From an uncultured Planctomycetota bacterium (GTDB lineage: Bacteria > Planctomycetota > Planctomycetia > Gemmatales > Gemmataceae), in the NCBI GenBank assembly GCA_963849325.1, contig CAWKHF010000012.1:1216001-1280000 (forward strand): 64,000 bases of DNA, given 5' to 3'. Shown here piece after piece: positions 13,280 to 24,498 of the stretch. The position numbers were made by a program, and so were the translations under genes. Under the pieces are notes generated by a model. It saw nothing but the letters and a program-made list of their open reading frames with translations. It was not told the origin of the DNA and ran no database searches. Within the stretch, counting starts at the first letter, position 1, and each line of letters opens with the position of its first letter.

Positions 13280-14038
13280 ATGGCGCGAATCGAACTGGAG
13301 CACGTTCATCTGACCTTCCGGGTGCGGCAGGAGCGAGGAGTTCGCCTCAAGGACTTCATCCTCAAGCGTATGTTCCTGCCGTCGAAAAACCCGATCATGG
13401 AAGTGCGGGCGCTGCAAGACATCAACCTGCGCATCGAGAAGGGCGACCGCGTCGGCTTCATCGGCCACAACGGCGCCGGCAAGAGCACCATGCTCAAGCT
13501 GCTGGCCGGCATCTACACGCCAACCAGCGGCCGACGCAACGTCCAGGGCCGCATCTCGTCGCTGTTCGACATCGCCCTGGGCTTCGAGGGCGAGGCCAGC
13601 GGCTGGGAGAACATCGCCTACCGCAGTTTCCTGCAAGGCGAGACGCCGAGCAGCGTCCGCGCCAAGAAGCAGGCCATCGCCGACTTCAGCGAGCTGGGCG
13701 ATTTCCTCAACATGCCGGTGCGCTACTATTCGGCTGGTATGATGGTACGATTGGCCTTCTCGATCGCCACGGCCATCGATCCCGAGATCCTGCTGGTGGA
13801 CGAGGTGCTCAGCGTCGGCGATCTGGCGTTTCAGCACAAAGCGCGCGAGCGCATGCGCGAGATGATGGCCAAGGCGCACCTGATGGTCCTTGTCACGCAC
13901 GATCTGGAATCGCTGCATCAGATGTGCAACCGGGCCGTGTGGATGGATCACGGCCGCATGGTCATGACGGGACCGTGCAGTGAAGTGGTGGCCGCGTATC
14001 GCTCGTCGGTGCAGACGCAGCCGGCCACAGCCGCCTAG
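13280..14038 (+). CDS. wzt: Polysaccharide ABC exporter ATPase Wzt (no C-terminal carbohydrate-binding domain)
   Basis: GHNGAGKST, PVRYYSAGMMVRLAF, ILLVDEVLSVGD; 252 aa. Confidence 0.93.
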   Translation: MARIELEHVHLTFRVRQERGVRLKDFILKRMFLPSKNPIMEVRALQDINLRIEKGDRVGFIGHNGAGKSTMLKLLAGIYTPTSGRRNVQGRISSLFDIALGFEGEASGWENIAYRSFLQGETPSSVRAKKQAIADFSELGDFLNMPVRYYSAGMMVRLAFSIATAIDPEILLVDEVLSVGDLAFQHKARERMREMMAKAHLMVLVTHDLESLHQMCNRAVWMDHGRMVMTGPCSEVVAAYRSSVQTQPATAA

Positions 14039-14064
14039 CGGAAATCCGGATGTGAGGATTTCTC

Positions 14065-15072
14065 GTGAACGCTCCTCTTCGTTTCCAGTCGTACCTGCGT
14101 CCGATGGTCTGGGGCGGTCGGCAGCTCGGCGAGGTGCTGGGCAAAGCGCTGCCCAACGGCGGAACGTACGGCGAAGCCTGGGAGATCAGCGATCATCCTT
14201 CGCACGCCAGTGTCGTCGCCGACGGACCCCGCAAAGGGCAGACGCTCCGGCATCTGATGGAACACGAACCGGCCGCCTTGCTGGGCAAGGCCGCCGCGGA
14301 ACATTCGCGTTTTCCCTGGCTGGTCAAGCTGCTGGACGCCTGGGACTGGTTGTCGGTGCAGGTGCATCCGAACGAGGCCGATGTGCTGCGCTTGTGGCCG
14401 GGAGAAGGCAGCAAAACGGAAGCGTGGTTCGTTCTAGCGGCGGCGCCGACCAGCCGTGTGTACGCGGGTCTTTTGCCGGGCGTCGATGAGGCGCGGCTGC
14501 GTGCGGCCTTACGCGAGGGCACGGTCGGCGATTGTCTGCACCAGTTCCAGCCGCGCCCCGGCGATTGCGTCTTCCTGCCGGCCGGCACCGTTCACGCCGT
14601 CGGCGGCGGCGTCCTCATGGCCGAAGTGCAGCAGACCAGCGACGCCACTTTCCGCCTGTTCGACTGGGACCGCCGCGATGCGAGAGGCCAGACCCGACAA
14701 CTTCACATCGAGGAAGCCCTGGCCTGCATCGACTGGAGCAGCGGTCCTGTCCATCCGGTGCGTGCCGAGGGCTTTCCGGGCGTCGCCGACAGCCGCGGGG
14801 AGAGGGCCGGCAGCCGACGGCAGCGACTGGTCCGCTGCCGTTACTTCACCCTGGAGTATCTGCGCCAGAACGAGCCATTCACCTGTGGCGGCATCGGTCG
14901 CTTGCAGGTGTTGCTCGTGCTGCATGGACGCGGCCGGCTCTGGACTGGCGAGGGAGTATGGGAGTTGGCCCCCGGCGATACCCTGCTCTTGCCCGCCGCG
15001 CTCGACGCTTTGACCTGCCATCCCGAGGGCGACCTGGGGATGCTTCTGTCCACTTTGCCCGCCAATTCGTAG
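14065..15072 (+). CDS. manA: Mannose-6-phosphate isomerase, class I
   Basis: VWGGRQL, GEAWEIS, FPWLVKLLDA, LSVQVHP, KTEAW, AGTVHA, EVQQTSDATFRLFDWDR. Confidence 0.92.
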   Translation: MNAPLRFQSYLRPMVWGGRQLGEVLGKALPNGGTYGEAWEISDHPSHASVVADGPRKGQTLRHLMEHEPAALLGKAAAEHSRFPWLVKLLDAWDWLSVQVHPNEADVLRLWPGEGSKTEAWFVLAAAPTSRVYAGLLPGVDEARLRAALREGTVGDCLHQFQPRPGDCVFLPAGTVHAVGGGVLMAEVQQTSDATFRLFDWDRRDARGQTRQLHIEEALACIDWSSGPVHPVRAEGFPGVADSRGERAGSRRQRLVRCRYFTLEYLRQNEPFTCGGIGRLQVLLVLHGRGRLWTGEGVWELAPGDTLLLPAALDALTCHPEGDLGMLLSTLPANS

Positions 15073-15092
15073 GACTTATCCAGGAATCACTT

Positions 15093-15159
15093 CGTTTAGC
15101 CGCGACGCGCAGCGGAGCGCGGGTCTGTCCCGCGCTCCGCTGCGCGTCGCGGCTAAACG
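15093..15159. repeat. REP-like palindrome, GCAGCGGAGCGCG family (copy 1)
   Basis: 31-bp perfect arms CGTTTAGCCGCGACGCGCAGCGGAGCGCGGG with a 5-nt loop. Confidence 0.92.
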
Positions 15160-15203
15160 GGGAATGGGTTGTTGGACGCCTCCATAATAACGAAGACATC
15201 TCC

Positions 15204-15680
15204 ATGCAATTTCACGCGGGCCACATCGACGGCGTCATCTGGAAAGCGCTGACGAAGTATCACGATGCGCGCGGCTGGCTGTGCGAGCTGTTCCGCCACG
15301 ACGAACTGCCCGCCGAGTTTCATCCGGTCATGGCTTACATTTCGCTGACCGAGACCCGCGTGGTGCGCGGGCCACACGAACACGTCGAGCAGAGCGATTG
15401 TTTCGCTTTTCTGGGACCGTCGAACTTCAAGGTCTATCTCTGGGACAACCGCCAGGATTCGCCGACTTACCAGGTCCGACAGACGGAAGTCGTCGGCGCC
15501 GATCAGCCGATGCTGCTCATCGTCCCGCCGGGCGTCGTCCATGCTTACCAGAACGTCGGCGGCGAGCCGGGCCTGGTGTTCAACTGCCCCAATCGTCTCT
15601 ACAAGGGACCGGGACGCAAAGAGCCGATCGATGAGATCCGCCACGAGGACCAGGCGGACAGCCCCTATCGCCTCGATTGA
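15204..15680 (+). CDS. RmlC-like cupin (NDP-4-keto-6-deoxyhexose 3,5-epimerase family)
   Basis: DARGWLCELFR, VRGPHEH, LWDNRQDSPTY, IVPPGVVHAY. Confidence 0.85.
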   Translation: MQFHAGHIDGVIWKALTKYHDARGWLCELFRHDELPAEFHPVMAYISLTETRVVRGPHEHVEQSDCFAFLGPSNFKVYLWDNRQDSPTYQVRQTEVVGADQPMLLIVPPGVVHAYQNVGGEPGLVFNCPNRLYKGPGRKEPIDEIRHEDQADSPYRLD

Positions 15681-15728
15681 CATGCCCCTGTCAGCCCGCC
15701 ATGATGGCGTGGATCGACTCAATCCGCC

Positions 15729-16887
<1,159 letters not shown>

Positions 16888-16932
16888 GAAAGACCGGGGC
16901 CGGGACGACGAGAAGATGAGGGGAACGGGGCC

Positions 16933-17421
16933 ATGAGTGCGACGAACCATCCCGATTGGGATCTGGATGAGTTGAAGACGAAGATCCGCGAGCAGGCCGC
17001 CGAGATGCGCGAACGCGCGGCGGCGGCGGTCCCGCTGGCGGCGCGCGGCTCGTCGGCGTGGTCGTTCAACTGGCTGGAGGTCAAGAGTCGGCTCAAGATC
17101 GGGGCCGGACTCGCTCAGATGGGCGGCATGCCGCTGTTGCCGCGCTTCCGCGGCGTCAAGCGGCAGGTCGCCCTCTTTGCCTCCCGCGCGGTCCTGTACC
17201 TGACGCGCTTCCTCACCAGCCGGCAGACCGATTTCAATGTCTGCCTGCTCGACGCCCTGCGCGAAATGGGCGAAGCGCTGCACGGGGTCGAGACGCGCGT
17301 GGTGCAGCAGCAGGAGCAAATCCGCCTGCTGGAAGCGTGCGTCAACCAGTTGCAGCTGCGCGTCTCCTCCGGGAGCGTCCTTCCGGCCCGCCGTTGTGAA
17401 ATCGAGCGCAAGGCGTCCTGA
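16933..17421 (+). CDS. Hypothetical coiled-coil protein of the glycan cluster
   Basis: 162-aa ORF with RBS-like sequence; basic amphipathic segment, RQTDFN motif, heptad region LHGVETRVVQQQEQIRLLEACVNQL. Confidence 0.7.
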   Translation: MSATNHPDWDLDELKTKIREQAAEMRERAAAAVPLAARGSSAWSFNWLEVKSRLKIGAGLAQMGGMPLLPRFRGVKRQVALFASRAVLYLTRFLTSRQTDFNVCLLDALREMGEALHGVETRVVQQQEQIRLLEACVNQLQLRVSSGSVLPARRCEIERKAS

Positions 17422-17426
17422 CATCG

Positions 17427-17499
17427 AAGTTCTGAGTTCTGAGTTCTGAGTTCTGAGTGCCGTCTTCACTCAGAACTCAGAACTCAGAACTCAGAACTT
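17427..17499. repeat. Perfect 33-bp inverted repeat built from tandem AGTTCTG heptamers
   Basis: AAGTTCTG(AGTTCTG)3AGTG, 7-nt loop, exact reverse complement. Confidence 0.95.
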
Positions 17500-17516
17500 T
17501 TACCTGAGTGGAGCGC

Positions 17517-18612
17517 ATGAGCCGAATTGCCATCGTCAGCCTGAGCATTGCCCCCGGCGACGCCGTGGGCAACGACGCCCTGGAGATGCACCGTATCCTG
17601 TCCGCGCAGGGCCACACGGTAGGGCTGTTCAACTCCCATTGGGTCAAGAAGACTTCGCAGACGCGGGACGTGGCTGAGCTGCCGGATTTCCTCGGCGATG
17701 ATCCTCGCTCGATCCTGCTCTATCACCACGCCGTCGGCTGGGCGGCGGGTATCGAGCTGCTGCGGCGGACGACGTGTCGGCGCGTCGTGAAATATCACAA
17801 CGTCACGCCGGGCCGATTCTTCGCCGGCTTCCCCGGCGACCAGATGCGCGTCTGCCAGCTGGGCCGCGACCAGCTGCGCGAGCTGGCGCGGGCGAAGTGC
17901 GATCTTTACCTGTCCGATTCTCCGTACAATCAGGGCGAATTGCTCGACGCCGGCGCCGATCCCGAACGCTGCGCCGTGGTGCCGCCGTTCCATCACATCG
18001 ACCGCCTCGATGCCTTGCAGCCGGACCCCGAGATCCTGCGCCGTCTCGGCGATGGACAGACGAACCTGCTGTTCGTGGGACGACGGGCGCCGAACAAGGG
18101 CCATCGCTTCCTCATCGATGCCTTCGCCGCCTACCATGAACACTACAACTCCAACAGTCGTCTTCTCCTCGTCGGCAAGGAAGACCGTCATCTCGTCAGT
18201 TACTCGAACCAGCTGCGCGAGCAGGCGTCGCGCCTCGGCGTGCTCGACCGCGTTCTGTTCATCGACAGTGCGACGGAGTCGGAGCTGCGAGGTTACTACG
18301 AGACGGCGTCGGCGTTGGTGGTGGCCAGCGAGCACGAAGGTTTCTGCGTGCCGGTGGTGGAGGCGATGGCGTTGGGCGTGCCGGTGGTGGCCTATGGCAC
18401 GACGCGCCGTGCCGCACACCGTCGGCGACGCCGGCCTGGTCTGGGACGAACCGGACCCCTTCTTGCTGGCTCAATCCGTCGATGCCGTCGTCCGCGATGC
18501 CGACTTGCGTCGCCGTCTGGCCGAACGCGGCTGGCGCCGCTATCAGCAACTCTTTTGCAACGATCGCATCGAACACGCCTTCCTCCACGCCTTGCGGCCG
18601 TTGGCGGCTTAG
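17517..18612 (+). CDS. Glycosyltransferase family 4 (one frameshift near 18403)
   Basis: GDAVGND, YHNVTP, LFVGRRAPNKG, SEHEGFCVPVVEAMALGVPV; has 1 extra base relative to its paralog at 18652. Confidence 0.9.
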
Positions 18613-18651
18613 CGCCAAGTCGTCAACGACTCACGCGATCCGAGAGATCCC

Positions 18652-19782
18652 ATGACGCGAATCGCCATCGTCAGTCCGACCATCCTGCCGGGAGACGCGG
18701 TCGGGCACGACATCCTGCACTCGTGGCGCATCCTCCGTTCTCAGGGACACGAGGTCGAACTGTTCTCCACCAACTGGGGCACACCCGACCCGCGCAACCA
18801 GGATGAGCTTCACGTCCGCGATTATCTGCACGACGATCCGTCGGCCCTGCTCATCCTCCATCACGCCATCGGCTGGATACACGCCGTGCCGGTCGTCACC
18901 GCGGCGAAGTGCCGCCGCGTCGTGAAGTATCACAACGTCACTCCCGCGCGCTTCTACGATTCCTTGAACGAAGGTTACGCCGACCTGTGCCGCAAAGGCC
19001 GCACCCAGCTGCGCGAGCTGATTCAGTCTTCGTGCGACCTTTATCTCGCCGATTCGCCGTTCAATCTCGCCGACCTGATCGCAATGGGCGCCGACCCCGA
19101 CTGCTGCGCCGTGACGCCGCCCTTCAACGACATCCCGCATCTGCTGGAAATCGAGGCAGACCCGGACGTGCGGCGCGATTACGGCGATGGCCGGACGAAC
19201 CTGTTATTCGTGGGCCGACGGGCGCCGAACAAGGGCCATCGCTTCCTCATCGATGCCTTCGCCGCCTACCACGAACACTACAACCCCAACAGCCGATTGC
19301 TGCTTGTCGGCAAGGGCGATCCGTCGCTGGCGGAGTACACGGCCGCGCTGCGCGAGCAGGTGCGGCGGTTGGACCTGACCGGGCACGTCATTTTTCTGGA
19401 CGGGGCGACGGAGTCGGAGCTGCGGGGTTACTACGAGACGGCGTCGGCGTTGGTGGTGGCCAGCGAGCACGAGGGTTTCTGCGTGCCGGTGGTGGAGGCG
19501 ATGGCCCTGGGCGTGCCGGTGGTGGCCTACGGCACCAGCGCCGTGCCGCACACCGTCGGCGATGCCGGACTAGTCTGGGACGAACCCGATCCCTTCTTGC
19601 TGGCTCAGTCCGTCGATGCCGTCGTCCGCGATGCCGATTTGCGTCGCTGTCTGGCCGAGCGCGGCTGGCGTCGCTATCAGCAGCTCTTTTGCAACGACCG
19701 CATCGAACAGACCTTCCTCCACGCCCTGCGGCCGTTGCTGGATGCAAGCGGGGCGCTGGTCGGCGACACCTGCCTGGTTTGA
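18652..19782 (+). CDS. Glycosyltransferase family 4 (tandem paralog)
   Basis: Same GT4 motifs; intact 376-aa ORF. Confidence 0.92.
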   Translation: MTRIAIVSPTILPGDAVGHDILHSWRILRSQGHEVELFSTNWGTPDPRNQDELHVRDYLHDDPSALLILHHAIGWIHAVPVVTAAKCRRVVKYHNVTPARFYDSLNEGYADLCRKGRTQLRELIQSSCDLYLADSPFNLADLIAMGADPDCCAVTPPFNDIPHLLEIEADPDVRRDYGDGRTNLLFVGRRAPNKGHRFLIDAFAAYHEHYNPNSRLLLVGKGDPSLAEYTAALREQVRRLDLTGHVIFLDGATESELRGYYETASALVVASEHEGFCVPVVEAMALGVPVVAYGTSAVPHTVGDAGLVWDEPDPFLLAQSVDAVVRDADLRRCLAERGWRRYQQLFCNDRIEQTFLHALRPLLDASGALVGDTCLV

Positions 19783-19789
19783 ACGCGGC

Positions 19790-19818
19790 TTGAACGATTC
19801 CGCGAGGTCTGGTATAAG
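19790..19818 (+). promoter_or_regulatory. Putative sigma70 promoter for the CDP-sugar sub-operon
   Basis: TTGAAC-17 bp-TATAAG with TG extended -10. Confidence 0.5.
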
Positions 19819-19884
19819 CCGCTGACGCGCGAAGACTCACCTCGAAGCTTGTCCCTCTCTCCCACGGAAGGCGCGGGACCGGAC

Positions 19885-20687
19885 ATGAAAGTGATTATTC
19901 TCGCGGGCGGCATGGGCACCCGCCTGGCCGAAGAGACGCAGGTGAAGCCCAAGCCGATGGTCGAGATCGGCGGCAAGCCCATCCTGTGGCACATCCTGAA
20001 ACATTTCGCCCACCACGGCTTCACCGAGTTCGCTATCGCTCTCGGCTACAAGGGCGATGTCATCAAACGCTATTTCCTGGATTACACCCTCATCAGCGGC
20101 AACCTCACCGTCGATCTGGGTTCCGGCGAGATTACCCGCCAGCGTAACGTCGTGGAGAAATGGACAGTCCATCTGGTTGATACGGGACTGCACACGGTCA
20201 CGGGAGGGCGCGTCAAGCGGCTGGCGCCGCTGATCGGCGCGAGACGTTCCTGATGACCTACGGCGACGGCGTCGCCAACGTGGACCTGAAGCGCCTGCTG
20301 CAATTTCACCGCTCGCACGGCAAGCTGGCGACGGTGACGGCGGTGCGTCCGCCGGCGCGGTTCGGCGGTCTGTGCTTCGAGCAGGACCAGGTGGTGCAGT
20401 TCACCGAGAAGCCGCAGATCGGCGAGGGCTGGATCAATGGCGGCTATTTCGTGCTGGAACCGGAAGTATTCGACTACATCGCCGGCGACGACATTCATTT
20501 CGAGCAAGAGCCGCTGGAGACCCTGGCCGCGGACGGACAGCTGATGGCGTATCGGCATCCCGATTTCTGGCAGTGCATGGACACGATGCGCGACCACCGC
20601 TTGCTGGAGACACTGTGGAACTCCGGCAAGGCTCCCTGGTGCGTGTGGGCCGAGTCCGAGACGGAACTATCCCGCAAGGCCGCCTGA
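19885..20687 (+). CDS. rfbF: Glucose-1-phosphate cytidylyltransferase (frameshift near 20240)
   Basis: VIILAGGMGTRLAEET, KPMVEIGGKPILWHI, DTGLHTVTGGR, TYGDGV, WINGGYFV, FWQCMDT, GKAPW. Confidence 0.93.
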
Positions 20688-20697
20688 GAGGACGACA

Positions 20698-21702
20698 ATG
20701 CCGGAGCATGACACGGACTGGTCGGGACGGCGCATCCTGGTGACGGGGGCGAGCGGCTTCGTCGGCTCCTGGCTCGTCAAGACGCTGATACAACGGCGGG
20801 CCGATGTGGTCGTCCTGCTGCGCGACGCCGATCCGCAGAGCGAATTGCTCCGCGGCGGCATGCTCCGCCATACCACCGTCGTCAGCGGCGAGCTGGAGAA
20901 CTACGAGACGGTACGGCGGGCGATCAACGAGCACGAGGTGGACACGATCTTCCACCTGGCTGCCCAGGCCATCGTCGGCGCGGCCCTGCGCGATCCACTG
21001 CCGACTTTCGAGTCCAACATTCGCGGCACCTATCACGTGCTGGAGGCGGCGCGCGTCCATGCGGGGCTGGTCAAGGCCGTGGTCATCGCCTCCAGTGACA
21101 AGGCCTACGGCGACAGCGACGACCTGCCCTATCAGGAGACGCATCCGCTCGCCGGCCAGCACCCTTACGATGTGTCCAAAAGCTGTACCGACCTGCTGGC
21201 GAGTTCGTATTTCCACACCTACGGCTCGCCGATCGCCATCGCCCGCTGTGGCAACATCTACGGCGGCGGCGATCTCAACTGGACGCGCATCGTACCGGGG
21301 ACCATCCGTTCGCTTCTGCGGCGCGAGAGGCCGATCCTGCGCAGCGACGGCAACATGGTGCGCGATTACCTCTTCGTCGAGGACGCGGTGGACGCTTACC
21401 TGGCGCTGGCGGCCCGGATCGACAGGCCGGAGGTGACGGGACAAGCGTTTAACTTCAGCACCGAGTCCTACGTCACCGTCCGCGAGATCGTCCAGACGAT
21501 TCAGCAAGTGATGGATGCGCGCGACCTGGAGCCAATCATCCAAAATCGGGCCGGCGGCGAGATCCGAGCGCAATCGCTGTGTTCGGCGAAGGCGCGGGCG
21601 GTGCTGGGCTGGTCGGCGCCTCACGACCTGATGGCGGGACTGCGGAAGACGGTGGCGTGGTATCGAGCGTACCTGGCTTCGGCTCAGCCGCTTGCGGCTT
21701 AG
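20698..21702 (+). CDS. rfbG: CDP-glucose 4,6-dehydratase-like SDR
   Basis: VTGASGFVGSWL, FHLAAQAIV, SSDKAYG, PYDVSKS, RCGNIYGGGDLNWTRIVP; follows rfbF. Confidence 0.75.
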   Translation: MPEHDTDWSGRRILVTGASGFVGSWLVKTLIQRRADVVVLLRDADPQSELLRGGMLRHTTVVSGELENYETVRRAINEHEVDTIFHLAAQAIVGAALRDPLPTFESNIRGTYHVLEAARVHAGLVKAVVIASSDKAYGDSDDLPYQETHPLAGQHPYDVSKSCTDLLASSYFHTYGSPIAIARCGNIYGGGDLNWTRIVPGTIRSLLRRERPILRSDGNMVRDYLFVEDAVDAYLALAARIDRPEVTGQAFNFSTESYVTVREIVQTIQQVMDARDLEPIIQNRAGGEIRAQSLCSAKARAVLGWSAPHDLMAGLRKTVAWYRAYLASAQPLAA

Positions 21703-21708
21703 GGCTTG

Positions 21709-21775
21709 TCTTCGTTTCGCCGCGAGGCAGCGGAGCGCGGCAGACGCGCTCCGCTGCCTCGCGGCGAAACGAAGA
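21709..21775. repeat. REP-like palindrome, GCAGCGGAGCGCG family (copy 2)
   Basis: TCTTCGTTTCGCCGCGAGGCAGCGGAGCGCG-GCAGA-reverse complement. Confidence 0.92.
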
Positions 21776-21797
21776 ATGGAGATGACGAAGGAAACGC

Positions 21798-23032
21798 ATG
21801 AGTCGGTTGACTTCCTGCCGGATTTGTGGGGCCAGCGCATCGAGTCTGCAATCGGTGCTCGACCTGGGCGAAACGCCGCTCGCTAACCGCCTGCTGCGGG
21901 CCGAGCACCTCGGCGAGGACGAGCCGCGCTATCCGCTGGAGCTGGTCCTGTGTCCGCACTGCTCGCTCTTGCAAATCACCGAGACGGTGCCGCCCGAGGT
22001 CTTGTTTCGCCAATATCTCTACTGCTCCAGCTTCTCCGATACGATGCTCCACCACTCCGAGAAGTTAGCCGAGCGTCTCATCGCCGAGCGCGGCCTGGGT
22101 CCGTCGAACCTGGTGATGGAAGCCGCCAGCAATGACGGCTATCTGCTGCAATACTTCACGCGCGAAAACGTCCGTGTCTGCGGCATCGAGCCGGCTCGCA
22201 ACATCGCGCGGGCGGCGCGGCGCGGGGCATTCCCACCATCGACGAATTTTTCGGGACCGAGTTGGCCGGACGTCTCCGTGGCGACGGCGAACGGGCCGAC
22301 GTTTTCCTGGCCAACAACGTGCTGGCGCACGTCGCCGACACCAACGATTTCGTCCGCGCCGTGCAGCTTGTGCTGGCGCCGAAAGGCGTGGCCGTCATCG
22401 AGGCGCCCTACGCCAGGGACATGATCGACCATTGCGAGTTTGACACCATTTATCACGAGCACCTGTGTTACTTCTCGCTGACGGCGCTGGATCGCTTGTT
22501 TGGTCAGAACGGTCTGCGCATCTTTGCCGTCGAGCGTGTGCCGATCCACGGCGGCTCGCTGCGCCTGTTCATCGGCCATGCCGACGCGGTTGTGCAAGGC
22601 GCAACGGTGCGAGCGCTGCTGGACGAGGAGCGTTCCTGGGGCGTCAACGACGTGGCCGCCTACGCCGATTTTCGCCGCCGCGTGGAGGCGCTGAAGACTG
22701 AGTTGTGCGAGCGTCTGCACGCGCTGAAACGACAGGGGGCGCGACTGGCCGCTTACGGCGCCTCCGCCAAGGGCAGCACGCTGCTGAACTATTTCGGCAT
22801 CGGCCGGGACATGCTCGAGTTCGTCGTCGATCGCAGCACGGTCAAGCAGGGACATTACACGCCCGGCTCACATCTGCCCATTCACGCCCCGGAGAGACTG
22901 TTGGAAGAAATGCCCGACCAGGTATTGCTGCTGACGTGGAACTTCGCCGACGAGATCGTTCGCCAGCAGCAGGAATACCGCAGACGCGGCGGGTGCTTTC
23001 TCATCCCCATTCCCGAATTGCGCGTGGCCTGA
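21798..23032 (+). CDS. NDP-hexose 3-C-methyltransferase family (frameshift near 22215)
   Basis: Zn-binding CRIC...CPHC, DLGETPLAN, ASNDGYLL, ANNVLAHV, FDTIYHEHLCYFS, HGGSLR, YGASAKG, LTWNFADEI. Confidence 0.9.
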
Positions 23033-23053
23033 AACGCCCCGGAGCTTCGCACC

Positions 23054-23584
23054 ATGCGGCTGACGGAGACGATCATTCCCGGAGCCTACATCGTCGAGCC
23101 GGAACGGCGCACGGACGAGCGCGGCTTCTTCGCCCGTACCTGGTGCCGGCGCGAGTTCGAGATACACGGGCTGGAATCGCGGCTTTCCCAGTGCAGCATC
23201 TCGTACAACCGCAAGGCCGGCACTCTTCGCGGCATGCACTTCCAGGTCGAACCGCACGCCGAGGTGAAGCTGGTCCGCTGCACGGCCGGGTCCATTCACG
23301 ACGTCCTCCTCGACCTGCGCCCTTCTTCTCCTACCTACATGCGCTGGGTCGCCGTGGAGCTGACGGCGGACAATCGTCGCGCCGTCTACATCCCGGCCGG
23401 CGTCGCTCACGGCTTCCAGACGCTAGTAGATGATGCCGAGGTTCTCTACCAGATCTCCGAGTTTTATCATCCGGAATGTGCGTCCGGTGTGCGCTGGGAC
23501 GATCCGGCGTTCGCCATCCGCTGGCCGCTGTCGTCGCCCATTCTTTCGCCAAAAGATAAACAATACCTGGATTATCGCCCATGA
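23054..23584 (+). CDS. rfbC: NDP-4-dehydro-6-deoxyhexose 3,5-epimerase
   Basis: DERGFFAR, GTLRGMHFQ, KLVRC, DLRPSSPTY, AHGFQTL, WDDP. Confidence 0.92.
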   Translation: MRLTETIIPGAYIVEPERRTDERGFFARTWCRREFEIHGLESRLSQCSISYNRKAGTLRGMHFQVEPHAEVKLVRCTAGSIHDVLLDLRPSSPTYMRWVAVELTADNRRAVYIPAGVAHGFQTLVDDAEVLYQISEFYHPECASGVRWDDPAFAIRWPLSSPILSPKDKQYLDYRP

Positions 23585-24498
23585 AACGAGTGTTGCTGAC
23601 CGGCGCCGGCGGGTTCGTCGGCCGCCATTGTCTGCCGGAATTGATGGCGCGCGGCTACGAAGTCCACGCCGCCTCCCGGCAACCGCCCGCCGACCACGAC
23701 GGCGACGTCACCTGGCACCGGATCGATCTGTTCGACGGCCGGCAGGTCGAAGACTTGATGGCGCGGCTGCGTCCTTCGCATTTGCTCCATCTTGCCTGGG
23801 ACACCCGGCCGCGCCTGTACTGGACCTCGGCCGACAATCTCCGCTGGGTGCAGGCCAGCCTCTCCCTCATCCAGTCGTTCATCCATCACGGCGGCCGGCG
23901 CATCGTCGGGGTAGGCACCTGCGCGGAATACGACTGGTCGCACGGTTACTGCTGCGAGCGCGTGACGCCCCTGGCCCCGGCCACCCTTTACGGCCGCTGC
24001 AAACATGCGTTGCGGCTGATGGCCGAAGCCTACGCCGTCCAGCAGAACGTCTCCTGGGCCTGGGGCCGACTGTTTTTCCTCTACGGCCCACACGAACAAC
24101 CGCAGCGTTTCGTGCCTTCGGTGATCCGCGCCTTGCTCCAGGGCGAGCCGGCCCTCTGCACCCACGGCCGGCAACTGCGCGATTTCCTCTTTGTCGCCGA
24201 TGCGGCCTCGGCCCTGGCGGCCCTGCTCGACAGCGACCTGCGCGGCCCCATCAACGTCGCCTCGGGACAGGCCATCGCCTTGAAGGATCTCGCTCGCACC
24301 GTCGCCAACCTGCTGGGACGGCCCGAATTGCTCCGACTGGGGAGTTTAACGCCGCCGGCCGGCGATCCGCCGGTATTGCTGGCGAACGTGTCCCGCTTGG
24401 CCGATGAATTATCCTGGTCGCCACGCATTTCCCTTTCCGAAGGGCTGGACCAGACGATCGCGTGGTGGCACAACGCCGGGAGGCTAAAGGCGGCATGA
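23581..24498 (+). CDS. NAD-dependent epimerase/4-ketoreductase
   Basis: LTGAGGFVG, LHLAW, GTCAEY, YGRCK, RLFFLYGP, RDFLFV; ATGA overlap with rfbC. Confidence 0.88.
   Translation: MKRVLLTGAGGFVGRHCLPELMARGYEVHAASRQPPADHDGDVTWHRIDLFDGRQVEDLMARLRPSHLLHLAWDTRPRLYWTSADNLRWVQASLSLIQSFIHHGGRRIVGVGTCAEYDWSHGYCCERVTPLAPATLYGRCKHALRLMAEAYAVQQNVSWAWGRLFFLYGPHEQPQRFVPSVIRALLQGEPALCTHGRQLRDFLFVADAASALAALLDSDLRGPINVASGQAIALKDLARTVANLLGRPELLRLGSLTPPAGDPPVLLANVSRLADELSWSPRISLSEGLDQTIAWWHNAGRLKAA

Noticed and set aside
14532-15203. Apparent long N-terminal extension of the RmlC-like ORF
   Set aside because: Overlaps manA out of frame and crosses a REP; the real start is ATG 15204
17427-17499. Possible CRISPR array (also considered for the ACCACGGA repeats)
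   Set aside because: Units are 7-10 bp, tandem and inverted, with no unique spacers and no cas genes
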